DNA of 56,847 bases from Octopus bimaculoides (Eukaryota). Positions 41,161 through 53,729 of the stretch are shown here, piece after piece. The position numbers and the translations under genes were made by a program. Location of the stretch: contig NC_068983.1 in NCBI RefSeq assembly GCF_001194135.2, positions 132,952,269 through 133,009,115 of the forward strand. Reading direction: 5' to 3'. Below the pieces are notes generated by a model, which was not told the origin of the DNA, searched no databases, and was given only the letters and a program-made list of their open reading frames with translations. Positions within the stretch are counted from its first letter, which is position 1. Every line of letters begins with the position of its first letter.

Positions 41161-43820
41161 GTGAAGAATGCCTTCACATTTGTGATTAAACCGACTCTGC
41201 TGCTTCCATACCAAGGCGACCTGGCTTCCGATTGTCCAGAGATGTAACGCTTGTACAGACGAAAAATGAATATCGTTATTTGTTCGAATATTTTCCTGTT
41301 ACGCTATTGTCCTTCCACGATTATGTAAAGATTTGTGATGAACCCATCTAGTGCCAAACTCACTTCCTACAGAAGCCTGAACCTTACTTATATTTAGGTG
41401 ACAGCATGTGTGCATGAGTGCAAATATATATCTAAAATGTTTATATCATTAAAGTCCCTGTCATTGTAACTCAAGAAGCCACCACGTGCTCCCAAAGTCT
41501 ACTAAATATAGCAGCGAAACAACTTTATACCGCGCATTTCAGCATTGTACAATGGCATACTACATTGCATTATATAGTCCCAGACGCAAATTCTTTATAA
41601 AATAAAATATGGAATGTTTAAGGTTGGAATGGTTTTGATTATAGGTCAACTCAGTGTTGACTGCGAGATAATAATAACTGGTTCATATTCCATTGAATCT
41701 AGTTAAATGTAAGATTAATAGCATTTAAACAGTGAATGTGAAGAGAAGTAATCAATTTTAATGATGACATGGTTTGCGACTGCATTTTCCCCTACAAAAC
41801 CACAGTCATACTCTGAGGAACTCAGTATGAGTAAATCATTTAACGACACGACAATATCTTGTTTTCATGATGAATTGTCTATCAGCAGCTACCATTGTCG
41901 TTATTTCTACATTAAGTGGCTGACTACAGAACAGATAAATTGAAACATCAAATTATTTCGTAATAAAGTTGAAAGATATGAATTACACTTTTCCAAGTAT
42001 TTGCTTTAATAACTCATTTTATTTGATATATTTCAATTTCATATTGAATTGCAACACGTTTCAATAACAGAACAAATATAAAAGTACACAATGGAGAGCC
42101 CTGATAAGATACAATTTCCAGTAAATCGATTTTTGTATAAACTATCTAGGTGATTTAACATCATGTGAGCGTTTTTAGTGTAGTTACAAGCAGATCTATT
42201 TCAAGATATGTATGGTAATATGTCAATGCTAAGGTCATTTAAAATAACAGTAGGTTCTAATTTAAAACAACTCCATGACATGGAATTGCAGTAGGTATAA
42301 TATAAAAGTAATTTACACTGTTCATAAGAGCTTACAGACATTGTTAAGTTTGCACGAGATGTGTAGGTTACAAAGATTCAATGCGAGTAGGCAACTAATG
42401 GCCTATTATTCGGAGCACTAATCAATATTATTCTGCGTAACCTAGAAAAATGATTTTTGTAATTATATCTATATTTGAGTCTAATCTTAATGGGGTATTT
42501 ATTCTCATATCCTTTAGTATTAAGATAGATGAGACAGAGTTTATGTACCTATTAATAAATCATTCTATAGGATATAAAATACAATGGTGCAGAATGAAGT
42601 GATTCGAGAAAAGGAGTTTTAGAAAGCAATTTAGAATTCTAGGTTTAAAACAATTATATCAAATTTTGTGCAACACTCTCATCACAGTAGTTTTGCTGTT
42701 GTAGTAATTGAGCACAGGGTCAGTACGCATCCAGAAAGAACAATTATCCAGAAAACGTTTTGGTCGTTATCCATGTAGCTGATTCACACATGCTGTATCC
42801 AGTACTAAATTCCGCATACAATTTAAGATGTAATAAGATTATAACGGACTTTAGCCATATCGGAGTTTTCCTTTTCTATTCCTTGCATTCAGCACTAATC
42901 CACTCCTACTAAAATGCAAGACAGTCTAAACCATTATTCTTCTATTCAATTCAAATTTTAAAAGTGGCAACACCTTGAATAACGCTGTATGGACTCGTTT
43001 TTAACATCAATGAAATCTAGATGATACAAATGAACAAGCATGATGCAAATGAATATCACATTGCGAGATATCCATGCAGCAAAAATAAATGCCAGATAAA
43101 GAATTAAATATGCAGTACAAATGACTGTAATAATAAAAATTGGATAAACGTATAATTCTCCTCATTTATTTGAATTGTCATATCATATCATATATATATA
43201 TATATATATATATATNNNNNNNNNNTATATATATATATATATATATATATATGCATACATATGCATACATAGATACATACATATTTACATACATATATAC
43301 ACATATTTGCATAGATACATCAACACATATATATACATAATGTAAAAATACGCAGTAAAATATATCGTAAAGCATATCATATATGGATCGAACAGTATCA
43401 AATATGGAACTTAATACGTCAGATAGATTAGACAGTTACTTTTATTACATTATTATTATAGTACACTCGGGTTAAATATGCTCAAGTCAATGTACTCGCT
43501 GATTACTGTAGTTATTGGCTAGCTGCGTGACGAAACTCGATTAGACTGATATATATGCATACATACAAGCATGAGATATATACGTGTGTGCATATGTATG
43601 CAAGTATGTATGTGTATATGCTTGTATGTATGTATTTATGTATGTATATACGAACGCCCACGTTTGCTATTTTGTAACAACCGTTCTTTGTTTAGTTCTA
43701 ATGAGTAATTCTTATAGAAAATTACCACTGATTATAGTTAATTACTAATTTATTGATTTGTTCAATTTTCGGTGCCTTATACTGTAAATCATAGATCACT
43801 TTCATGTACATATAAACATA

Positions 43821-43851
<31 letters not shown>

Positions 43852-44050
43852 NNNNNNNNNNNNNNNNNNNNNNNNNNNNNNNNNNNNNNNNNNNNNNNNN
43901 NNNNNNNNNNNNNNNNNNNNNNNNNNNNNNNNNNNNNNNNNNNNNNNNNNNNNNNNNNNNNNNNNNNNNNNNATATATACATATATATATATACATAGAT
44001 AGATAGATAGATATATATACCTATGTCTCTTGCTCTTTCTTTTTATATGT

Positions 44051-44088
<38 letters not shown>

Positions 44089-44389
44089 ATACATATATAC
44101 ATAAACACAAACACATACACACACAGGAGAAATACACACATACGCATCATGTTATTAAGACAAAATCATTTCATAAGTAAATCAATAAAAACTTGAAGTC
44201 AGGGACCCGGAAGAAGTGGAAGCCAAACTACCGTTGAATCATTCCTTAGAATCTTTAATAAATGAAAAATGTAAAAGTTACTGAATAATGCTTTTGTAGG
44301 TATTTCATGAGGCAGAATACTTGTGACTGAAACACCATTGATCACATGTTTTCTGAATGCAGGGTCAGGGCTATGGTTCAGCGACGTCA

Positions 44390-44459
44390 TTGTCGTCGTC
44401 ATCGTCGTCGTCGTCGTCATCATGATCAACATCATCATCATCATCGTCATCATCATCAA

Positions 44460-44495
<36 letters not shown>

Positions 44496-44497
44496 AA
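44390..44497 (+). repeat. (GTC)n-(CAT)n microsatellite
   Basis: Direct inspection. Confidence 0.95.
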
Positions 44498-45055
44498 TCG
44501 AGAACAACTGGCGAAAGTCAGCCAGCACAGGAAGAATTTCATGACCTAACTTGCTAGTAATAGAAGTGATATTTGCTCCAGCACAACTTGCTCTTTATAA
44601 TAAAGTACATTTGTTAATTTAAATCAGAACATAGTAAACTTGGAAAATATGGCTAGATGGTCGTAGGTGAAATGTTTCGATCATGGGCCAAATCCATCAA
44701 GAAGTAATACCAACAGTTGTATTTCAACAAATCTTTTATATTAAGGAATCTTAATATTTTAATTGTATATAATGCCTGTTATTCCAGGATATAATTTTAC
44801 AGTGTTTTTGATTACATAGCAGAAGCAAACACCTGCTTAGTTTTGAAGGGGATATATTTTACGAATATTGACTGATGAAAATGCAATACCATTGACTGGT
44901 TCGATTTAGCATTTAATATTTTATTTTACACACAAAATTTGCAGATTGAAGTGGAATCTGTCAGAGCTTTTATAACAAAAAGGACCGACATAAAAGTGTG
45001 CTAAAAGTATGTATGTGAATTTCTCCAAGGAAATCGTTTGTAGTTAAGAAATCCA

Positions 45056-46321
45056 TTATACATAAAATACTTTTGGCTCCTTATTTAAACACAACATTCT
45101 CATTGATAGGGATCGTTCTTTATTATGAATTAATCGATACAACCAATACTGGCCTGGACATTCTGATATTATTTCCTTTTTAAGTAATTTTTTTAGTATA
45201 TGACCTTGATAGTTACTCATTATGAAGTAATCGACTTTCTTGTTGAATGATCTTTGTGTTGCATTGTATAATATTTTCACAGCGTGGCTGTATGGAATTA
45301 TTATATTGAACAGTACATATATAATCCTTATATAGAGTGTTCTATAGTATTCGCTACACTTAACATTTATATTTGGCGGCGGAAATATCATACTTAAAAT
45401 TAATCCAGCTCCGAACAGGTTAACAACGATTAATATGGTAAGCTTCAATTGATGATTGTACTGTATATGGCCGAGTTTGTCGGTAAGAAGAAGGCGGCTC
45501 CGTAGTTCTTTTTCAGTGAGCTTAGAAACAAGAAATCGTGAATTGCTTTCTTTCTGATTCGTTGACTTCAATGAGTCTAAATGCTTTGCATCGAGGAACA
45601 ACTTTCTAAATATCCATTCAGATTTGGAGACAATACTTAGGGCCACATTTCTGATGTCTCTTGGGTACGTTATAAATATTATGTCCCTTATGATAATTTC
45701 GTTGCGATTTGCTATGTGGAATATCTCGTTTCGCAACGATCCCTCCTGTAGTGAGTAAACTGGGAAGTATTTCATTGAAATATAGTAAATAGCTACAGGA
45801 CCAAATATAACAAATACTGAGATTGTGAAAGATACGTAGATAGCAAACATAGGTCCAGCAAATGAAAATATATTAACAATAGCATATATTGCTATTGTCA
45901 GGATGCAAACTTTGTTGTCGAAACCAGTATTTCTATTCTTATTTCCTTCAAAATGGCTGAAGCACATGTTGCAGAATTCATAGATGCCATAGATAACTAT
46001 GAGTGGTAATCCAGAGGACCATACTTGAAAAGAAGTACCAACGTCCATCAGCTTAGCAAATGGTTGACAATAATACCAAATATTGTTTTTCACGCTCGTA
46101 TTCATGAACACTAGAATTAATAAGATAGTTACAACTGACTTAGTGGCATTCATTATTACTTTTCGTTTCTCACGTTGTTGAATTGCTACAAAATCTGTTG
46201 TATATTCTATGTCTGCTGGTGTAATCAGGGAAAATTTACTATTCTGTTTTGTTGATGCGATTATCTCTATCAAAATCCACATGCAGTAAAAGGAGATCGA
46301 TGTTTTCTCAAATAAATCCAT
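45056..46321 (-). CDS. Intronless, highly divergent Ste24/ZMPSTE24 (CAAX prenyl protease 1, peptidase M48A)-like multi-pass membrane protein, predicted catalytically inactive
   Basis: 421-codon ORF in AT-rich DNA with several hydrophobic segments. By-eye colinearity with ZMPSTE24: [12 protein letters not shown] vs [35 protein letters not shown] vs [44 protein letters not shown] vs [43 protein letters not shown] vs WLFSMWHYSHPPLLERL. An in-frame TAG lies a dozen codons upstream of the ATG. A splice acceptor (ttaattctcag, AG at 46424-46423) sits about 100 nt upstream, and AATAAA (minus) is at 44920-44925. Confidence 0.85.
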   Translation of the reverse strand: [421 protein letters not shown]

Positions 46322-47169
46322 ACTAGGATGAGTGGAATTTATTTCAGAAAATCCTCCCTAAACACAACTTTGATCGTTATTGAAAATAGATTTGGGTTTT
46401 TCGACTTCGAATACATATCAACCTGAGAATTAAATACAGAGCTAACATCAGAAATGCATGTCCGCAAAACTATTTTCGAAATTATTTAGCTCTTCAGTTT
46501 GCAAAATCTAGTAATGTTTGAGATTATTATCATCACTGGAGTCACGTCGCGTTCTAGTTCTCTTTATATTTTATACCTGAGTTTGATAATTATTGGCACC
46601 ATTGATTTATAATAATGTTTCATTTACTCACCAACATGAATCCTTTTTAGATTAAGCCGAATACTAGATGCAAACAATACTTTACGTTTCAATGGATAAA
46701 TCTATTTTTTTGAGGCTTTGCTTTATGACGTAATAATGACATGCAAAATAAGACATAGTATGGATACTTTCTAGGGTAAATTACGCAACACATTTTACAG
46801 AAAACATAATTTCCACTCAGAACATATTATGGAAGGCAAAATATACCATAGATTTTATAGCATTAAAGTTTATTTTAATACGTTTATTTAAAAGATTTTT
46901 TTCTACTTTTAGAAGGGTCAAACATGTACATACACACACGCACATACACAAATTCACTCACACACACACTCATATACGCACGCATATATCTATGTATATA
47001 TTTATAAATATGTGTATATACGTAATTGTACGTGTGTATATATATGTAAATATATATGTGTGTATATATATGTATTAACAATTAAGGATACTATATATAT
47101 ATATATATATATGTAAATATATATATATATATATGAAACAAGCTCATGATTAAGACAATATTTATTCGT

Positions 47170-48030
47170 TAATATAATTTCTATTGATTTTTAGAACTTC
47201 ATATTATCTGTCAACAGGCTTGTAAATACCACGCTTGTGAAATTGTTTAGGGTTTGATGCGAAATACGAATCTAACTCATTTTCAACCTTTTCTCTTGAT
47301 GGCAACGTAAGACCATTCGAATGGTTCTGTAACCCCTGAACAAGCGATAATCAGAAGGAGCAAGGTCTGGAGAATAAGTAGGAAGCATCTGTATTTCCCA
47401 ACCAAGTTCTTCCAAGATATCTTTGGTCAACCGAGTTGTGTGAGGACGAGGTTTAATCATGGTGGAAGATGACACTATTTCTGTTAACTAAGCAGGGTTG
47501 CTTTCTCTTCAAAGCAGCTTTCAAACAATGAAGTTGATCACAGTAGAGATTAGCAGTGATTGCTTGATTGTTTTCTAACAGTTGGTAATGAACAATTCCT
47601 TCACTATCCAACTATACACTCTGCATGATCTTCCTTAGATGAAGTCCCCCTGTTGAACCGGTCTTCTTCTTCGACAGATCCGCGATCTGCGGTGTTTAAC
47701 GTTATGGTAAAATATCTACTTCTCATCACCTGTAACAAGCCTTCTTAAAAATGGTTCCTTAAGGTGTCGTGAAAGCGATGACTGACAACAAACAACACGC
47801 TGTTGCAGATGCTTTGGAGACAGTTCATACTGGACTAATTTTCCAACGACTGAGATTTTCCGATCCTTTTCAGTTGACGCAGAACAGTTGTATGGGCTAC
47901 GTTAAACTGTTCTGCAAGTTCTGTACATGTAGCGGTGGATTTTCTGACGGGGTATCTAAAAGTAACCAGAAACGTTTTCTGAGGAACAAGCCCGTTGTAG
48001 TTCACGCTTCCACCGCTAGGAACCACTAGT
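47170..48030 (-). mobile_element. mariner (DD34D) transposase pseudogene
   Basis: TELAEQFNVAHTTVLRQLKRIGK; LVTGDEK*IFYHN; RPHTTRLTKDILEELGWE...YSPDLAPSDYRLF. Confidence 0.93.
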
Positions 48031-48129
48031 TGCGACCCTCAGGTATCAGTATGGCGACTGATGTTGTCGAGTGTAGTCCTACTGCTACGGGGTGCGTGTT
48101 TCCTTTCCAGTGCTTCTCTCGTTTTTCAA

Positions 48130-48730
48130 TATTTAAGATGGCTGAAACAAAGGATGCTTACAAAGATGCTGCCGTGAGCAAAACATAAGTTTACGAGTAG
48201 TTTTCACCCTTCAGGAATGGTCACTTGCCGCTTAAAGATCGCTAAGGGCGACGGTCGACCTCTAGAACAAATGAAAACATCATGAGAATTCAAGAACTGA
48301 TCTTGGCGGACTGTTACCGAATAATTGACAAACTAGTTGGTGTGACTAGTATGTCCTGGAGCGCCTACCAACAAATTTTGAGCAATGATTTGTGAATTAA
48401 AAGAGTTGCAGCAAACTTTGTGCCTCATTTGATCACAGAAGATCAAAAGCAGTCCCGATGGAAAGCATTTCGTTAACTGAAAACAAATACTTGGAAATTG
48501 ATCTGGACCTTATTTCGAAAGTCATCACTAATGGTGCTACGAAATTTGCAGATGTGGAAGAGGTGAAGAAAGAATCGGTGGAGGTCTTAAAAGGTGTTAC
48601 TTTGCAAGAGTTCCAGCACAAACTCGAACAGTGGAAAACGTGTCTGGGCCAATAATGGAGAATACTTTCAAGGCGATAAATGTGTAAACATGTAAAACTA
48701 AAGGAATAAAATAATGCTGCAAAATTCCGA
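48130..48730 (+). mobile_element. Second mariner family, internally deleted, head-to-head with the first
   Basis: AYKDAAVSKT*VYE*F...RSTSRTNENI...KRVAANFVPHLITEDQK; ISKVITNG fused directly to TKFADVEEVKKE...QEFQHKLEQWKT...GEYFQG. Confidence 0.88.
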
Positions 48731-50351
48731 TAGAGTTGACATCTAGGGATATGTTATAGAAAAGTTGAATGCAATGTAAATAACTATAGAGTGGTGCTGG
48801 GGTGTTAAAGTAGATACAAGAGAAAAGGAAAGTCGTGTAGAACTTTTTCTATATTACCTGATTCTCAGGTCGTGTTTATTGAAATGTTGTTTATTAGTCA
48901 GAGGCATTTCTTGTTTCTTTCACAGAATATTTAGCGTGTCTCCATGCCTACCAATTTTATCAGCATAAAGGTTCCAGCTCATCAAAAATATTCCGTTTGT
49001 CCATACAACAGTTGTTATTCCACTAATTTTCTATCATTTATTAAACGCAGAACACCACGTGACTATGTAGTTGCTTTAAATTGCGTATCATATAAATTAG
49101 AGAGCAAGTGCTAACATCTATCACTAGCATTAACTATTGTGTGCACTTCACACAATGTCGAATACTTATTTAAACATTCAGAAATTCCCACAGTCAGATT
49201 ATACATATAATGTATACTAACAGTCTCAGGTGTGTAACCAGACAGAATATAGATTTTTATCCCGCGTTTTATAATTGTTTATGTTGTTTACAAAACGCGA
49301 AACGCACTGGTCACTTATTAAGTGGTGAAACCACAATCAAATTGATTGATCAATCAGACATTATTGATTGTTAAGTCATTGGGTGCAATTATTTTAACGT
49401 TGCTATTTATTCTATTACCTGTCCATTATATCTATTGGCTTTCTAATATGTTCCTTTCAACAAGTCAATTGCAATATTTGTTTCTGTGTTGACCACTCTT
49501 ATTATTTTATCTCCGCTCTGCACAATCCAGTGTTTCTTTTCTTTTTTTAATTTTAACTATTCTTATTATTTGATGCAACTAGATATTTATTAGTTTATAC
49601 AAACTTCATTTAGAACCGAATAGTGTCTCCTAATTTTTGTATAGCCTTCATTTAGTGTCAATTAATTCATTGATAGACATGTTCACCTAAATTGCATTCT
49701 CAAATATAACTATATAATTATTAAAACATTGTAAGATGTCCCTGAAGAGCTAATTGCATATATTCATTCCCCCTAGGGAGACTCATTGTCCTGAAAATAT
49801 TCAGATGCATGATGCTCTGTGCTAAAGAAACATGGATGAGAAAGATCTTCAGATATTATGCTTAGATAGAGGTCATCTTTGTCCGCCGAAAAGACATATA
49901 ATCAACATATTCCAATTGTGACCATCATGTCAGCTTTAGAGACAACCTTGCCTGATGAGAATGGTCTTTAAATGACAAGGAAATAATTTAGTTTCGCTCA
50001 TATATCAAGCTAGTTGCAAGAACATGTTGAGGATTTACATTGATGTCAAAACGATTCAAATTTAACAGATAATTAAATAAGTAAGTATGATATGAACTAA
50101 CATAAATTGCTCACTCTGATATGTTTCTGTACAAGTGAGAGTTTGAGTGTTCTATTTGAATCCATGGGGTAAGTATAATCTACCAGAGTGTAAGAAAAAT
50201 CTACCTAAGTAAAATCTACCGGAGTATAAGAAATACAGTAATTAATAGACAGAAATACTCTGGTAACATTTTCTACATTATAATAGTATATTTATAACAT
50301 TTTTGAAAAAAGAATTCGGAATATTGAAATAACGTTTGAGCAGTATTTCAG

Positions 50352-50440
50352 TATTCCCGTAATAATGATTGTAACACTGTTAATTCTAACTATTTGCTGC
50401 GGGACTGTCACAGATTGAAAAGTCTTGGTTATATAGAAAG
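50352..50440 (+). CDS. Candidate internal exon of an unannotated small Cys-containing protein (YSRNNDCNTVNSNYLLRDCHRLKSLGYIE)
   Basis: tttcag acceptor and strong AAG|GTAAGT donor; open in phase 0 and ends in phase 2, compatible with the next exon. Confidence 0.5.
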
Positions 50441-50633
50441 GTAAGTTTTAAATAAGCTGTGTTTTTCTGTTATATAATGGTCTCTGATTATGATTTACAG
50501 CTATACTAAATATTTCTGTCTTTAGTTTCTTTAATTTTAATGTTTCTGTGTGGTTAATTATTCGCTAGAGCAAAGTAAACTATACGTTTTTCCTTGCAAC
50601 ATTGTACATTATCAAAATCTTCATTCATCTTAG

Positions 50634-50719
50634 ACTACAATATATTAGATTTACAAGATTGATGGTATTTTGTCAGTACAAGCAATATGAAGTAGTTAAA
50701 CAATGTGACGACGAACTGG
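50634..50719 (+). CDS. Candidate next exon (RLQYIRFTRLMVFCQYKQYEVVKQCDDELG); alternative in-phase acceptor at 50658
   Basis: cattcatcttag acceptor and GG|GTATAT donor; the frame continues from the previous exon without stops. Confidence 0.45.
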
Positions 50720-51070
50720 GTATATTTATTTGCTTTTATTCTCTTTATAACTGTATTGAATATATTCACACACACGTGTATGTATGCACGTTTGCATGTA
50801 TATATATATATATNNNNNNNNNNNNNNNNNNNNNNNNNNNNNNNNNNNNNNNNNNNNNNNNNNNNNNNNNNNNNNNNNNNNNNNNNNNNNNNNNNNNNNN
50901 NNNNNNNNNNNNNNNNNNNNNNNNNNNNNNNNNNNNNNNNNNNNNNNNNNNNNNNNNNNNNNNNNNNNNNNNNNNNNNNNNNNNNNNNNNNNNNNNNNNN
51001 NNNNNNNNNNNNNNNNNNNNNNNNNNNNNNNNNNNNNNNNNNNNNNNNNNNNNNNNNNNNNNNNNNNNAG

Positions 51071-51120
51071 GACACAACAAAAATTGGGTCAGGAGTATCC
51101 GGTGGTGCAGGCGTATCTAG
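51071..51120 (+). CDS. Candidate terminal exon (GHNKNWVRSIRWCRRI*)
   Basis: AG at the gap edge (51069-51070); phase-compatible with the previous exon; TAG followed within about 10 nt by tandem AATAAA. Confidence 0.45.
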
Positions 51121-51589
51121 TCGGGTGATAAATAAATAAATAAAAACTCGTTAAAATCACTGTTCCATAATGCAACTTTCCGTTTTGTAGAGAGAAAAAC
51201 AGTCAGACGGAGGAAAATTCTTCATATATATATAGAAAATCCAAAAATAAAATTGCAGAAGACAAAAAGAGAAACGAACACTTAATCCAGCGTGAAAAGT
51301 ATTGAAAATAATTGTTAACAGATATGTATGTGTAAACGCCCTCGGGCAATCTGCATGGCACGAGTGCACACACTCATACAAGCATTAGCAAAAATGTGAG
51401 CATACGCACATGCAAGGTTAGGCGCACTCATGATTACAAAGCGAGTTAGATATTTAATAGGTGTTTAGAAGAACGGGAAGGTTTAAAGTAAATTTAAGTC
51501 ATCCATACCTTAAAGTTAAATAAAATAAAATTACACTAAGTTCACGGTTACTCAAAATTCATTCTCACAGCATTGTGCGAAAGTACATT

Positions 51590-52020
51590 TATATGCGTGT
51601 AGGCATCGCGATAGTCTTTCAGAAATTCTATTAAGTATATTTCCGTTAGTTCACGGAATAGACAAGGATTCCTCGGAGCAGAGACGGCATCTCCTAGAAA
51701 TTGCACTGTATGGTTTTGCATGTCTAACTATAGACCAAGTAATGTAGTATTTGGTATTAGCCTCCTTCAGTCGCCATACAAAATCTGCCAAATTGTCGAA
51801 TGTCTCTTATTGATTAACTTAAAGCTGGCAACATGATTACGATAACGATTCTTAAATGAATAAGCCGTCTGCCCATTGTAAACATAGGGCCCTTCCCTTG
51901 TGTGCACGGTACATTTATATACAAGATTTGTACTCATACGGAGATTCATCAAAGGACATTTTGATTTATCCCTGCATGAGCATTTATTGTTTTTATACGG
52001 TGAAATCCTGGAAATCAATA
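51590..52020 (-). mobile_element. Fragment of a different PLE lineage (GIY-YIG with CxCxxxxxC N-terminus and Cys/His-rich tail)
   Basis: CSCRDKSKCPLMNL...LVYKCTV...YNGQTAYSFKNRYRNHVASF. After a frameshift: ITWSIVRHAKPYSAISRRCRLCSEE...LSRCLH, the typical C-terminus of this PLE group. Confidence 0.88.
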
Positions 52021-53033
52021 TAATATTGCCTCTCTACTCGCTACGACGTAATATTACACGTAAACAAAACATACTCGCTTATAATCTATATATATATATC
52101 TGTGCCCAGATATGCATATATGTATATATATATATATATATNNNNNNNNNNNNNNNNNNNNNNNNNNNNNNNNNNNNNNNNNNNNNNNNNNNNNNNNNNN
52201 NNNNNNNNNNNNNNNNNNNNNNNNNNNNNNNNNNNNNNNNNNNNNNNNNNNNNNNNNNNNNNNNNNNNNNNNNNNNNNNNNNNNNNNNNNNNNNNNNNNN
52301 NNNNNNNNNNNNNNNNNNNNNNNNNNNNNNNNNNNNNNNNNNNNNNNNNNNNNNNNNNNNNNNNNNNNNNNNNNNNNNNNNNNNNNNNNNNNNNNNNNNN
52401 NNNNNNNNNNNNNNNNNNNNNNNNNNNNNNNNNNNNNNNNNNNNNNNNNNNNNNNNNNNNNNNNNNNNNNNNNNNNNNNNNNNNNNNNNTATATATATAT
52501 ATATATATGCATCCAGCATATATATATATACATCGAAGATTTCATAAGCGAGTGTATTTTGCTCGCATAAAATGAGTGTCGCTAAAGTTGCAGTCTAAAT
52601 CTACCCTATTTGGCTAAATGATCAAAAATCGGAGAATCTGGGGGTTCTCTGAAAGAAGAGTGTCTGGTATAACTATATGCTAATCAGGGAGCTTCCCATG
52701 TCGGCATGGAAAACAGAAAGCTTCCTATTATTATATCAGCATGGAACTTCCTATAATAATATAGATATTCTCTGACTTCCTAGTAGCATGTGAAGTAGAG
52801 CACCCTATAACAATAAGGAAATTTGAGACATCCTATAGCAATAGGGGTGAAAGCTCATTTTAATAATAGAATAAATTAAGAGCTTCTTATAACAAAATAA
52901 ATTATAGCAACTGATTTAAATAGCCACATATAGGATAAAATAATTGGACGAGCAGCATATTTTCTCACTAACATCTTTATCGTCTTCTCTTTCAGTTTGT
53001 CTCTCTCAAATGCTAGCAATCCATCTCACTTCT

Positions 53034-53132
<99 letters not shown>

Positions 53133-53530
53133 GACGAGGAATAGCTTGTTAATGTTATTTGAAATATTTTGCAAGGAAACATTGAAATTCGCAGCTTGCT
53201 CCATCAGATCGATCACATAATAATGGTGAAGTCCTTGAAATCAATATCTTGTGCTTGACATCATGGAGTTTTCCCCAAAGAATACAAATGTGCTTTTGTC
53301 CGTAGACATCCCGTGTTTGCCATTACATATTTAATTCCAAAATATCATTATATGTATTATAGAAATAGTTTTTCTAAGAAAGGGAGAAAGAGAGAGAGGT
53401 ACGAGAGGAAGAGCGAGGAGACAGACGAAAGAAAAGCTGACTCCAGGGTTTGATTGCTAAAAAATGAAAGACAAATTCAATCAACATTATTTACGTTTGA
53501 CCAATATTTGTCCTCATCTTGTTTGTTGTT

Positions 53531-53576
53531 AACACAACGTTTCCGCTGATATACCCTGCAGCCTTCATCAGGTGTC
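53531..53576 (-). ncRNA. Minimal hammerhead ribozyme motif in pLTR
   Basis: GACAC-CTGATGA-A-GGCTG-loop-CAGCG-GAAA-CGTT-GTGTT on the minus strand. Confidence 0.78.
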
Positions 53577-53656
53577 TGGAGGAAATTTGGAACATGGGTT
53601 TTCATTCCTAAGGTATTTTTCAATGTTGTTATTATTATTATTATTATTATTATTCA

Positions 53657-53729
53657 GGTCACTGCATAGAATCGAACTCGGAATTTTGGGGTTAGTAGCC
53701 TGCACTCTTAACCACTACGCCATATGCCC
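53657..53729 (-). promoter_or_regulatory. 73-nt tRNA-like cassette (Pol III A and B boxes) inside the pLTR; other copies at 26370-26442 (+), 53971-54048 (+) and 24878-24933 (-, B box truncated)
   Basis: A box TGGCGTAGTGG, anticodon-like arm (AGG-CTACTAA-CCC here, GGG-...-CCC/TCC in other copies), B box GTTCGATTC, followed by (AAT)n. Not a functional tRNA because the acceptor stem is mismatched. Confidence 0.75.

Noticed and set aside
49735-49985. CCTGAAGAG and CCTGATGAG motifs suggesting hammerheads
   Set aside because: No stem II closed by GAAA could be formed.
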